A stretch of 64,000 nucleotides of DNA from Chrysomallon squamiferum (GCA_012295275.1 CM022679.1:14942001-15006000); one strand, 5' to 3'; shown: positions 15,903 to 30,858, counted from the first letter of the stretch. Translations and numbers: made by a program. The notes: generated by a model not told the origin, from the letters alone.

Positions 15903-17219
15903 TAGAAAATAAAAATTTAAAAAAAAAAGCACAGAAGAACAGCACGAGATATATCGCAGATATATATATAAAACGATCTCGAATTGATTTCATATCCGTT
16001 TTCTAAATGAGATACAGAAAACAACATCAGTTCTGACTGGAATGCGCGCAACATAATTTAATATTTGTGCAACATTTTATGATGTAATAATATATAACAC
16101 AAACGCTGCATTTTGGAATTACATGTTAATAACGGTTTAATGTTGTGTTTCGATGACAATTTAGCATTCTGTTTCTTCTTCTTTATGATTGTAAATTGAT
16201 AAGGATGGAGTAGAAGTCAAACAAAATAGCTCGCGTTTAGCTCTTCTTTTTTTTCTCCAAAGAAGACAGTAACCATTTCTCCCTCACTGTGTATCGAGAC
16301 ATAAAACTAAATATCGGTTATTTGTTTTACATTCCTACTTAAGTAGATAAAACAATAACAGTAACAATAACTTAAAATCAAAATAACAAACAACGAACCA
16401 AACGATAAAAAAAGAAAAGAAAAAAGATACACGAAAGGAAAAAAAAAAAAAGGAAGATAAAATGTGGTTTAAAAAGGAGAGATTGTTTCCTTGTTTTTGT
16501 ATTGTGTAAAATGTTCTACAGTGGAATGTTTACGTTTAAGTTAATTCAGTTTTCTTTTAATCATCGTCATTATTATTATCTTCATAATAATAATAATAAT
16601 AAAAATAATAATAACAATAAAACTTTTTTATCATTATTTTCATAATTATGATAATAATAATAATAAATAAAACAATAAAAATAGCAGTAATCCTCATCAT
16701 AATCTACAAAACATGTTTATTTTTCTTGTTATTACTCAACTTTAATCACAATAATAACTCTAGTAATGATTTTTGTTTTCACATATTCTTTGATCTAGCC
16801 TTTTTTCTATTTTGTGTATTTATTTATTTACTAGAAATACATTTCTGGGGAATCATTTGTTTTTGGATCATTGTGCATGTACATAACAAAATTATTAATA
16901 CGTAACAAAAACATGAAAATGACAGTGATAATTGTGATGATGATGATGATGATGATGAAAAAAGACATCATGATGATGATGATGAAAATTAGAACCATAA
17001 AGCCGATAATGATGATAACGAAATATGATGATGATGATGATCTTAAATTGAGAATTTCAATGTAACACTATGTCTCTCAGGATCTGTTCTTAAATCAGTT
17101 TATTTATGTATATTATTTACGTTTATGAGTTTTTCACGTCTAAGAGAAATCATTCGTTTCTTTCTTCTTTTTTTTTTCTTCTGTACATGCAAAATGTATT
17201 TTCTGCATCACCATTTTCA

Positions 17220-17810
17220 TTTACCGCTGAACGTTCTGGAACTGTTCTCTAACCGTGGTGTGAGAACTGTCGAATCAAACGCGTCTTGATAATCCATTCA
17301 GACTGTTTCGAGTTTAGATTACAAACCACTTCAGTTAACCGCAACCGTACTTAGCACCTTTCCACAAGGGCCGTGTCAGAATCGTCAACAGCCAATAAAG
17401 CGACTTCACCGCCGAAGAAAGCGCGCCAAAGTGAACGACACTCCGTCTGCCGTTAGCACCTCATTTTGCCGCCATTTGTCAGACCCAGCCGAGCGGCGAT
17501 GCGTGACGGTCTGCAGGCGCGCGACCCGGGACAGGCCACCATCTCTCCGGTGGGGGTTTACAAATCAGGGAAATTTGTTATTAAGCATTCAGCATCGTTA
17601 GGACCGAGACTGACCGGGTTTTAATAGTTAGAATTACGATAATATCATCAATTTATACCATGAATTTTTCACGACTAATTACATTAGGCGAACTACTTAA
17701 TGGCGGTATGACAAAACACGCGCGGACTCGCGGGAGTAATCGCGACTCGCTTAGCGCCACGGGCACCGAACAGCCGCGAATCAGAGAACGAAGCGAAGTC
17801 GTCGAATAAA
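17220..17810. promoter_or_regulatory. CpG-rich non-coding island, candidate cis-regulatory module
   Basis: High CpG density; CCAAT near 17392; GCCGCCATTT at 17468-17477; TAATTA cores. Confidence 0.4.
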
Positions 17811-18237
17811 AGGTAAAAATGATAAATCAAAACCATTGATTTACGTCATTTTTATACCATCTAGTCATGAAATAAATATATGGTTATTTGTACGTAAATT
17901 GTTTTATTTTATTATTTTTTTTTTTTTTTTTTTTTTTGTAGTATTATTTCCCGTTCTGTATTTCGAAATAAGAATGGGAAGAAATAAAATGCTCAGTTGG
18001 GGTTGTGCCGTGACTGCGAAATCAGATTAACTAAAAGCATTAGATTCATTATTTATACGGGGAAAATAGCCCTTATTCACTTCTGTGGGTATTAGGGAAG
18101 GGACACGAGATCCTGTTACCGCCCCTAGGAATTGCTCCTATGATTTTTTCTCTTCTTGATATATAAGAAAAAAAGAAAAAAGGATGAAGAAGAAGAAGAA
18201 AAGAGAAGAAATTGTTAAAGTAAATATGTCCGGACGA

Positions 18238-18268
<31 letters not shown>

Positions 18269-19129
18269 CGTGCGTGCGTGTGTGTGTGTGTGTGAATTTG
18301 TATAATTTGGAAATATAAATTATATATATATTCATTTATTTTATTTATTACTGTTTTTATTTTATTTCTGGAGTGGCTGACTTGTCTGTTTTCACTTCAC
18401 ACTGTTTATACCACGTTAGATTTCGCCGAGACATGACAGGTAGCAAGATCAACGCCACGTGCAGCTGTCGCTAAGAGATTTCACTTTCCAACCCGAGCTC
18501 TATGCCCTTGATTTTTCCTTTACGCATATAAAACGTATCTTCATCCTGATCGATAAGAGTAGCCGATGTATTTACAACAGCGAATTTGTTTTCTTATTAA
18601 TATACAAAACAAAACCCATATGTTTGACATTTAATAACCGTTAATTCGGAAATGAGCAGAGATGTCGCCTATCAAAAGTTCATTCGTTTAAATTAATAGG
18701 GGCATTAAATTTACAGTAATAATAATAATAATTATAATAAAAATAAATAAGAAGAAGAAGAAGTAGATGATGAAAAAAGAAAAAATTAAAATGTTCTAAA
18801 TAAATTTAAAAAATATAATTAATAATAATAATAAAAATAACAAAAAATAACTAAATAATGAATAAATAAATAAATTAATTAATAATAATAATAATAATAA
18901 ATATATTAATAATAATAAAAAAAAAAAAAAAAAAGGACATATATCAGAAGCAGACAGATAAATAGAAAATCAAAAACTAAAAAGGAGACATTTATTCTCT
19001 GATTGCAGACACGTCTGCTTGTGAAGACAAAAATACCAGACCCTGTTTAGCAGGAGCAGTGACAATGGAATTAATCTCCGTTTCAAAACACCCTTCAGCT
19101 TTTTTAACAACAATCTTATCTCGGATAGC

Positions 19130-19830
19130 CCCTCGACTCCCCTCGCCCACCTCCTGTTTATGAAATTAAAACCGTGTCCAATTCCACCCTCCGGCTACGG
19201 ACTCCATAGTTACGATATCCAGCTCTCTACGATTTGTTCCGGAGTAGCGCCCCCTTGCGACATCGCGGATAATCTTTTGATTTCTGAGAAGCGCGTGACG
19301 GCCCGTTTCTCCCCTGGCTCGTTGCGGGACTTCCAAAAAGGATGTCTCAATTCGCCGGCTAATCAAATTTTTATCACCCCTAATTGCTTGTAATCAAATA
19401 ATAAAGCTGGATGAATAATTTGGCACGGTATCTGATGGCTTCGCGTATCCAGGCCGGCAGTCGTGGGGTCTGTATTCTGTCACAAGGCATGGAACAGACG
19501 TGCTTATCACCGAAGAGCTAAAAACAGGAATATAACGCGAACGCTTGTCGGCCAGTTTCGCTGTGCCGAACGGGATAGCTTTCGGCAGCGCGCGCATCAA
19601 TAAAGCGTGCGATAATGAAATTACGCGATAAATGTTTTAATACAATTATGTTTGATGCAAGGCATCGTTATAGATATGAAACAAAGATGGCAGATAAATT
19701 ATTTATCGTAGAACCGCCGAATAATCTAATAATTTTGATAAAGTGCAGAAACACTCAGGCACTTACTTTCACGACAATGACATAATGGAATTTGAGTCGC
19801 CAGGTCAAGAAAATGGCGAGGTTTAACGTG
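19130..19830. promoter_or_regulatory. CpG-rich island containing a CTCF-like motif
   Basis: TAGCGCCCCCTTGCGAC at 19245-19261; the overlapping short ORFs have no recognisable protein features. Confidence 0.42.
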
Positions 19831-20165
19831 TTAGCTTTTTTTCCCCCCTCTAGACTGACGTATTCTTTCTGAAGTAAAACTAAGATATAACCTTGTTGTG
19901 TGTTTTTTTTAAGAGCATGCCATTAAAATCAACTTTCATTAACGTTTGTTTTGTAGTTAACAATGTTTGTGGAATGGTAATTCCATTAATTCTCGTATTT
20001 TCGGGTTCTTTTCTGCTCCAGGCGGAAATCTTTTATAATGTACTCAGAGCGTTATCGTGTGGTAATAAAACAACGTGATTTGGACAATGTAGCCAAAACT
20101 ACCGTACAAATATCTTTTATTTTTTTCATTACCGTTATTTAAGTTGTTGTTATTGTGTTTCCTTT

Positions 20166-20269
<104 letters not shown>

Positions 20270-21564
20270 CGTCATTCCTTTTATTATTATGATTATTATT
20301 ACTGTGGTTGCTGTTGTCTTAATTATTGTTTTGTCGTTACTGAAGTATATATATATATATAAATAATATGGTATTGATAATTAGTTGGCATTAAAGTTTG
20401 AAATGTAGAATTATAAATCAAAGATTTTATTTAAACCTATGATTATCATCATCACCTCCACTATGGTATATTTAGTTTTTCTGATCTGTATTTTCAAAAA
20501 AGATGTGTACGAGTCTTTAGTATTTGAAGAAAAATCTCAGACCAGTGTAAGGATATGTTTTCCAGTCTTTATAATTTACCTGCTTACATAGTACACACTG
20601 AATATAATATAATTATAAACTAAAGTGAAGGCAGATAAGTAAAAATCTGTATTTCTATTGTGTATATATGGACAGATGGAAACATGGATGCTTTATATAT
20701 ATATATACATGTTTGTACGTATGTATATATGTATTTTTGCATGTACATATGCATGCATGTATGTGTGTATGTCTATTAATCTACATAACATAAAATAAAA
20801 TTTAAGATATTAAATCGGGATATAATCTTATTCTTTGGTTACTGTCCAATTTCAGTGAAGCTAATTCAGTGAAAAAATCCCAATCAATACGTTATTAAAT
20901 ATAATTATTATAATTACACCACTGGTAGAAGGTTTTTCTCTGGTTACTTGGCTTAACTTTTGTTGTTTGGCGTTTCGCGTCTGTTGTTCCCAAATCTCAT
21001 TGACTTTAATATTAATTTGCGTTGAGATAACGGATTACTGTGTTTGGTTTATTTATCACAACTGTTCCAAATCTGAAGAAAACTCGCTAAGTTTCATTGA
21101 TTTTAATTCCAGTTCCAGTCATGCGCTTTGGAAACTTATTAACCGGTGTTTCTGAATGACCGTATAACCGCAACGTAAAAAAGATGCAAAAAAAGAAAAA
21201 AAAAGACGAAACTCAATTAATTATTATGACATATGGTTAGGACGTGGCCTGGCTATATTGTGTCGTTAATTAACTGGCAAATTAAGAAGATTTTCAGTCT
21301 ATAGAATACCACAGTGACTTTTCTTAAAGTATGTCGTATTATAGAGGGAATTGTCAAGAATTAATTAGAACGTACAAAATGTAGAGACTAAAAGAGAATG
21401 CTGTATGTTGTTCCACTGTGGAGTGCTTTAGTTTGTTACTTTATTGTTGTATGAAATAGTCGTTATTATCATTAGTTTCATTATGACGTCATTATCTCAT
21501 CGTCATAATAATAATAACAACAACAACATCAATAATAATATTTATAATAATTATTACCATTACA

Positions 21565-21620
<56 letters not shown>

Positions 21621-21869
21621 TATTATAAACAAATAAACAAGTAAACAACGACGTCAGAGCTGATATAAATGTTTGGTTATCGACAATAAATCAACCGTGC
21701 TTTCTATTATTACTACTACCACATTACCACTATATTACTATTGTTATATCTACTACTATTGTTACTGTTATTGATATATATTGTTTCCACAAATTTAATA
21801 ATAATAATAATAACAACAACAACAACAAAAACAAAAACAAAAACAAAAAACAACAGTAACATAACTACG

Positions 21870-22201
21870 TCTGCATTAACAACATCAGTAACAATATTAA
21901 AAATGATAATTAGCTGAAACACAATACTCTTCAGTATATCTAAACTTTTATATACACAAACAAAATGAGAGATACACATGACTGGTCTGTGTTTTCGGTA
22001 TCATTAATTTCATTTAAAAGTTTAAAAGCACTCACACACACACACACTCATACACACACATGCACACGCGCGCAAGCAAAACGATACATACATATTCACC
22101 ATCGTTTATATAAAAATTTAGATAAACTGAACAGTATTATATTTCAGGTATTTACTATTTTTGTTGTTGTTGTTATTAATGCTGTTAACCTTGTCCTTGA
22201 A

Positions 22202-22255
<54 letters not shown>

Positions 22256-22271
22256 GTTAATGTTATTGTTA

Positions 22272-22336
<65 letters not shown>

Positions 22337-22530
22337 CTTGCAGCGATAAGAGTATTAGTAATAAAACGATACACACGCACAGCCACACGTACAAAGACAC
22401 ACATGACGGACACTGTTTTACTGCATCATTTGTATAAAAGTTTAGATACATTGAAAAGTATTTATTTCAGGTAGTTATCTTCTTTCTTTTTTCTTTTTTT
22501 CTATTGCAATTAATATTGTTAACCTAATCG
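21870..22530. repeat. Local repeat family: three copies of a core of about 44 bp (one inverted, two direct) embedded in microsatellites
   Basis: Core approximately TATAAAAGTTTAGATAxxxTGAAxAGTATTxTxTTTCAG at 21914-21957 (-), 22104-22147 (+) and 22429-22470 (+). Confidence 0.75.
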
Positions 22531-22624
22531 TTGTTATAATATTATTAATATTTATATTATTATGTATATTTTGTTTATTATGTTTATAGAGGTAATACTG
22601 TTTGTAAGTAGTATGTGTGTGTGT

Positions 22625-22686
<62 letters not shown>

Positions 22687-22694
22687 TTACATTT

Positions 22695-22773
<79 letters not shown>

Positions 22774-23368
22774 AATACATACATACATCCATACACACAC
22801 ACAAAAACAACACATACATATACATCACATTATGATATGATGTTATGATATGCTATGTTATGTTATGTTAACAAAATAAACAATATATATAGATATATAT
22901 ATATATGTATATATTAACTGCCAGGTTTTTGTTTGTTTTGTTATGTTTTTTCACGTGAATCATTTCAAAAATAAATCATGTAACATGACATGACATAAGA
23001 TATAACATAATATAACATAACCTAATGTCATATCATAACGTAACATTACTAACATAACACAATAACATAAAAAATAACATAACAACAACACACGTCACGA
23101 CAAATACATGATGTAATACAAAACAAAACAAAACAAAACTAATAATAACTAAATATATGTACATTATTTTAAAAAAAATTCCAGTGTTGTTTTTGCTCAG
23201 ATTTATATTTCTATGTAACAAAATATACAAAATGATAAAGTACACTTTCTTTTAAAAAAAAATATACAGGAAACATACGAGGCTAAATTTACGATGCCTA
23301 TTTCTGTTTTTTTTTTTTTTTTTTTTTTTTTAAACAACAACTAAAACAACAAAAGTGTATATATATAA

Positions 23369-23436
<68 letters not shown>

Positions 23437-23902
23437 TTAATAATAATAAAACATAAATAAATAAACAAATAAATAGACATAAAAACACAACAAAAAAACA
23501 ACAACAAAAAAACGCAGTTGTTTAACCATTGAAAAGACATATAGCTAATTATTCAAACGTTTAAGGCAATAATAGGCTTTGCAAATGTAACGAAATCTTT
23601 TTTTTTTCTTCTTTTTTTGTGATACTGAAGTTTTAATGTCACAGAATAGAGAAGTCATCTTTATTTCCATCTCACTGACTAGAAAACATTTGTTTCCTCA
23701 GATATTGCTAAAGCGAAAATGAAACAGTCATTCACAGGAAACATGATACTAGATTTAACCCTTTGTGTTTTGCAGCCATAATCAGATTATTATTAAGACA
23801 AAGTGACAGTGCGAGTATTTTCAGAACAGGTATAATGTGAATTTCAAGCAGGGTTAAAAATCAACTGTAATATTGTCAAATTGCAATATTTTAACAATAA
23901 TA

Positions 23903-23933
<31 letters not shown>

Positions 23934-24469
23934 CGGTATAAAAGATTAAATTATATGAGCCACTGTTTTTATGTATATACATATGTATGGTTTTTGGATG
24001 TGTTTGTAAATATATGTGAAAACGTGTTAATATATATATATATCTTTGTATGAGTATGTCTTTGTAATAATATACATCAGTATTGTCCCTACTAGTGTTT
24101 GCAAATTATTTTAAATGGCAGTTTTTAATTATTAATTCAAAAAAAAAAAAAAAATTATATATATATTTATGGAGAACATTGAAAAGAATGTTATCTTGTT
24201 GTGTTTTTTTCTTCTATATCTATATTTATCTCTCTCTCTTTATATGTGTGTGAGTGTGCGTGCGTGTTTGTATGTGTGATAATATCATTATTTTATTTAT
24301 TTTATGATGAGTTTTCTTTCAGATGTCTGATGTCTTTCATGTTCAGACATTTATTGGCACTGCTACATTTCTTAATGTAACTTCTGTTGATTTTTTCAGT
24401 TTCGCTGTAAGAGCTGCATTACGTAAATAACTCAAGTTTTCCTTTAAACAGATTTTTAAAATTTCATTT

Positions 24470-25370
24470 ATGACGTGACAGGCGACGTTTTATTTGTCAC
24501 GTGACATCGCAATGTTTGTCATATGATTCCACAGTCGCGAGCGCACGTGCTGCCATTTCTTTCTCTGTCTCCCTCTCTCTAGGGGATCCATCTTAGCTGA
24601 TATAAATTATGAACAAAGTAATTTGAAGTTTGAGATCGGACTCAGACAAAACTATACATAAATGCGTTGTAAAATCCGCTTTATGGTTATCGAGGGCCGA
24701 GTAAACTCGCAAAATCTTTCATTCTTTTGAAGGATTAGCGCTAATTTTCCACAGGGAGTGTTATTAATAGGAACGGAGTAGGCTCCGGCGGTTGACGAGT
24801 GACGGAGAGGTTATTTCTCCTAAGTCCGCTGGCTTATGTTTTGTGTTGGCGCAGTGTAACAACACGCTTTGATTCCCAGCTGTCACTTGCAGTTTTGATC
24901 GAGATACATCTCGGGAAAATTAGATTACTGTTTGACATAATAAACTCTAATTTGTCGACCTTTTACTTCAAGCCTTGCCTTTCCTTATTACGGAAGCAAA
25001 CAGCGATCGCAGACGAGCCCGTCTCCTGCAATCTGATTTGACGAGACGCTTTCCGACGAAACTCGCGGAAACAGATCGCTCGGCCAGCCGCGTCTGTTAT
25101 GCTAATTAATCGGCGTGTCGCTCGCTGTCCGAATGAAATCTGACGACAGACAACAGTTAATCTATGATATTGTCATTTGTTTAGAGTGCTATTCGCTGTC
25201 TGACGTACCTCGAAGAAACAGACGGAGACAGAAGAGGAAGAAAAGAGGAAAAAAAATAAAAAAGTAAAAATAGAAAAAAAAACATCAACAACAAAACACG
25301 AAAGCGTGAATCGACAAAAGGACAGTATTGTTTGAAAATAGCTGTTACCGGAATTTGCTTAAAGGTAAGA
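24470..25370 (+). promoter_or_regulatory. CpG-rich island ending in a strong splice donor; candidate promoter and non-coding first exon of DRGX
   Basis: Palindromic E-box TGTCACGTGACA at 24495-24506, GCACGTGC at 24543-24550, CpG-rich block, then AAG|GTAAGA at 25365. Confidence 0.42.
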
Positions 25371-25568
25371 GTAACTTGTTGTTTTGTATTGTTTTAGATG
25401 TTAATTTTGATTTAAAAAAAAATAGTTATATATTATATCTGTGTTAAACTCAGTGGAGTTTTTCTTAGGCGTATTCTATAGCGAAGAGACGACTGTGTTC
25501 ATAACAGATACACACTCACTGGTATTTCTTCACGTGAACGGATGCTAAAACTAAACTGTATATTTTGA

Positions 25569-25642
<74 letters not shown>

Positions 25643-25692
25643 CATCATCATTTATTTATTTATTATTCATTTATTTTATTATTTTTATTTTG

Positions 25693-25756
<64 letters not shown>

Positions 25757-25774
25757 TGTATGTATGTATGTATG

Positions 25775-25808
<34 letters not shown>

Positions 25809-25830
25809 TGTACGTATATACATATACATA
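25569..25830. repeat. Compound (ATT)n/(TA)n/(TATG)n simple repeats
   Basis: Visible runs; source of the poly-Y ORF. Confidence 0.93.
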
Positions 25831-26799
25831 CACATCTTTTATTTTGTTAATTCGTTTTTGTTTCGTTAAGAAAAAATAAAAACGTTCATCTATTTATCTC
25901 GTATGTTTCTAAAACAGGTATAAAACTACATGTTTTTTTAATTATTGTTTATTATTTAGATATTTTTTTCGTATGTAGATAAATGATATCTATACATTTT
26001 CACTTTGAAATAATAATGTTTCGGAAAATTATAATACAAAAAGGAAAACTATTATTACATGATAAAAGAATGTTAGTTATGTAAAAATATATTTTATAAT
26101 TCTAATGTATCCATTAAATACTGACAATAAACAATAAAAATGTTATTTAACTATTGTAACAATAATAAGTGTAACGATGATGATGATGATAATAACATTC
26201 ATATTTTATATAATATTTCTGGATGTTTATTTTTCAATAAATTGTTGTTGTTTTTTTTTGTTACATACCATACACACCGATAAAAAATTTATCTTCGAAT
26301 TCTTTATAAACTAAATAAAATATTATGTATGTATGCATATATGTATGTATGTTCATATGTATGTATGTATGTATGTTTATATATATGTATGTACGTATGT
26401 ATTTTTGTATGTATGTGATTTATATTTAAAGTCATGCCAAGTTGCTTGTATATGAGTTTGAATATGCGTACATATTTTTACCATTATTTGATGTGTCTGT
26501 GTGTTTGTCTGTGTGTGTGTGTCCGTTAAACAACAGTTCTGACTTTATTGATTGATCTGCATGTCGGCTAGATTTAGATATGCTGGAAACCACTTCGTTT
26601 TTAAATTAAATTTACGACAAAAAAATATTTATCTATTCTATTTTATTATTTCTAAATTTAACTTTCATTTATTTTACTGTGACTAGATCATTTGTTTGTT
26701 TTTATCAAATACAAGTATTTGTCAGCAATAAAGAATGCTAAGATTATAACCAGTTCTTATTATTGCATTATGATTTTTTAGTTAATTAAGGATTTTATT

Positions 26800-27088
26800 T
26801 TGTTTGTTTTATTTCATTTCATTTTATTTTATTTATTTATTTATTTATTCATTCATTCATTCATTCATTCATTCATTCATTTATTTTATTTTATTTTATT
26901 TATTTATTTATTTATTTATTTATTCATTCATTCATTCATTTATTTTATTTTATTTATCTATTTATTCATTTATTTATTTATTTATTTATTCATTATTTTA
27001 TTTTATTTAATTTTATTTTATTTTATTTTATTTTATTTTATTTTTATTTTATTTTCTCAATTTTTTTTTTTTTTTTTATTTATTTAGT

Positions 27089-27119
<31 letters not shown>

Positions 27120-27120
27120 A
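26800..27120. repeat. (ATTT)n/(ATTC)n/(ATTTT)n/(TTAG)n low-complexity tract
   Basis: Visible tetra- and pentanucleotide runs. Confidence 0.92.
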
Positions 27121-27404
27121 TTTTTTTCCCTATGTCACACAGTTATTATTTTTTTCTACCGATTTTTACATGTGTTTTTATTTTGCAGTTTCTATAAAAT
27201 TTACATTTCTTGATTGTCGTTGTTTCTCTGTCTCTGAATTTTTGTACTATGACTCCATAATGTCTGTTTATCCTTGGTGTCTTTCAAATTCGCTGATCTG
27301 GCACTCTCTGAACATCCATGCTTATATAATAATTACAGCAGAGATATGAAATATAGTTAATATACACGTAAATACTGGACATAAACACAGAATCTTTCCT
27401 ACAC

Positions 27405-27544
<140 letters not shown>

Positions 27545-27729
27545 TACAGACACACGTATAATACATACCTCCGCCTACACAAGAAACACCCCCGCAACCA
27601 TACACCTTATAATAAAAATAAAAACAATTAGATATTCAAATGGACAGTATTTTCAAACTAACAACATCTGTTCTTTTGTATTAAGTGCAGGTTATTTGAT
27701 ACTTCGAATATTCCCATTGTAAACAGAAT

Positions 27730-27770
<41 letters not shown>

Positions 27771-28260
27771 TATATATAATTTTCCAATTGATTTTTCTTT
27801 CACATGTGTCGCTCTTTGTGGCACTTGCAAAAGGTCCACCTTTCTGTTTTTTTCTCTACGTCCCCGTGCACAAGTAAAATAATTGATGTTTTGTTCTAAT
27901 TACAAATCTCAGTGTGTGGTAACTTCAGGATATTACGTTTTGAAATTGCAGTGGGGGACATCTTTAATGTTGTAAATACACAGCTGGTTTAATTTGTTAA
28001 TTTATTGAGAATGAGTAAAGGGAAAAATTTATACGGGGATTATGAAAACTGATGAAGTGAAAATGTTTTAGGTATTTACAAATAACAAAGAAAATAGATA
28101 AAAAAAAAAAAAAGTAAAATTGATAGTGATGGTGGTGATATATATATACACAAAACTTGCATATTACAACTATATCCTGGGAAATACTTGAATGTAGTAC
28201 TGTCTGAAATAAATTTAATGTTAAAATTATGTTTTGCGTATAATATTGATAATAATAATA

Positions 28261-28333
<73 letters not shown>

Positions 28334-28977
28334 GTAATAATAGACAAATGAATATATAAATAAAATAAATTAATTAATTAATATAATAATAAATTAAAAT
28401 AAAATAAAAACCATCGCAGTAACAGAGTATAATACGTATATCTTTAAATATTATGTAGCAACTATTTGATTATTTATAACAGTAAACAAAATGTTAGCTA
28501 ACGTATGACACATCAATAAATATAAAATTACACTGGATAAATAAACTAATAAACAACAATAACATCTATAACAGTGACAATAACACTAGCAACGACGACA
28601 ACAACAGCAATATAATAACCAAGGATAATAAATAAATAAATAAATGATCTGCCAATTCTTGATTGACGAGAGATTTAAAAGTTACAAATGTCTACAATTA
28701 TCATACAAAATTAATCTGCTATGTTTATTTTACTGGTCACTGAATTGATACATTTGAGTTTATCATGGTTACAATGAAACAAACAAAAGACAACAACAAA
28801 CAAACAAACCAAACAAACAAAAACAAACAAACAGTTAACAACAGAACTATACAAAAACACGAAGAAAATAAAAAAAAAGCCATTTATCTGCTTTTTATTT
28901 TTTAGTTTCATTTTATTTCTTTTTTACACTTTTATTTTATTATTATTGTTATTGTTATTATTATTATAATTATTATA

Positions 28978-29037
<60 letters not shown>

Positions 29038-29717
29038 TACCTTTTTTATTATTTAATTTAATTCTTTAATTTAATGTATTTTATTTTAGGTGGTTTTATC
29101 TATCTATATTTCAGTCTATCTGTCTATCTATCTATCTATCTATAGATCGATCGATCGATCGATCTTTGTTATTATTTATTTATTTATTTGTTTGTTTGTT
29201 TGTTTTTGTTTGTTTATTTGTTTATACATTTATTTATTTATTTCGTTTGTTTGTTTAATTATTTCATTTTACTATGTTTTAATTTCATGAATTAGTTTAT
29301 TATTGTTTATGTTTATTTATGAACAGTTAGTACTCAGACAAAATTATTATTTTATTCAGACTGAACAGTGTTATATCCATCTGCTTAGAAAAAACACAGA
29401 ACGTAAACTCGTTTTTATTTATTTTAATAATTATTGTTTTAACAAAAATTAATTCGCCTCATATTGTAATAAAAATCAAGAAAAACACTATTATAATTTA
29501 TTTAATTTATTATTTATTTATTTCTATTTTTAAATAAACATTTGCTTGCAACTGAAATAAATGGGACATTTTTAAGAAAGAAGTAAAATAATATTATTAT
29601 TAAACTGTTGAAAATAGTATAATATATATATAATTAATTGTTTTTTTTTTTTTTTTAAATCAGTATATGTATATCTGAATGTACGTTTTTATGTAGAAAT
29701 ATATATGTGTGTATATG

Positions 29718-29762
<45 letters not shown>

Positions 29763-29779
29763 TTTTTCAATCAAGTATC

Positions 29780-30400
29780 GCAGCCATAAGTCTGTTCATA
29801 ACTCAAGCGATCCATATTAGTGTAATTATAAATAACAGCAAGCCACCTCTCCCCATTATACGATTAACGACAAAAGGACCATCAATATTTATGAAAGATA
29901 ATTAAATACTCGAGCCCATACACTTCTTTTAAAAGGCCGGAACTTGAAAACCATTCACGGTTGATGTTCCGCGTCGCTATTACATCGTTTATATTGTTGG
30001 CCGATGTGATTCGCACCGCCAATAACCACTCTATTCCCGGCTTGATTCCCGATTCGGCCCGCGGCGGTTCAACTTCACCGTAGCGCGTGCTCTATTTAGC
30101 TGATTAATTGAGACTTACACATAGCAAAGTGAATTATGGGAAGTGGCCCAAATCGGGGACGCGATTACATCTTGCTAATAGGTGACAGCAAACCGCATTG
30201 GCTTTTGATATTGGGTACGCCGGTATTGCTTGCGAATGGCCGTTCAATTGCATTATCGGGAAATTACGCCTTAACAACAGTCATTGAGAGTTTCCGATAG
30301 CGCGCGCTCGTTTATCTCCGAGTCGGAGAGCTGTCCCGCAGTAACTGGAAGCGAAGCCAGACTCATCTGTCCCGCAGTGAATAGCAATTTGAAGCATCTT
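29780..30400. promoter_or_regulatory. CpG-rich non-coding island, candidate enhancer
   Basis: CpG-rich; TGATTAATTGA; CCAAT/ATTGG boxes; duplicated CTGTCCCGCAGT. Confidence 0.4.
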
Positions 30401-30774
30401 ATTAGTTGAGATTTTGTAAGTATATATATTACTGTGTAATGCATATATATATTAAAATAGACTTGATTACAGATGAATTTAGCCAATAGAAACTGTTTAT
30501 ATAAATTTAATTACAGACCAAATAAATAAGAATACTAAAATAACAATGGCTAAAATAAAATTATGATAAAAATAAAATGAATAAGTTTACCTCTTTTTTC
30601 CGTTATGGCAAAAAAAATAATTGCAAAGATTATTATATTAAATTTTAAATGAATTGTTATAATTTTATTATGAAGTGAAAGGATTTTAAATTATTCTAAA
30701 CTATTACGTACATAGATTTATAAACTTGCATGTAGATATATGAACATACATACATATATACATACATACATACA

Positions 30775-30858
<84 letters not shown>

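Noticed and set aside
19160-19600. Three complex-looking ORFs in a GC-rich island
   Set aside because: No recognisable motif or compatible splice sites; short ORFs are expected at higher GC.
29144-29165. (GATC)n self-complementary run
   Set aside because: It is a point-mutated continuation of the adjacent (TATC)n microsatellite.
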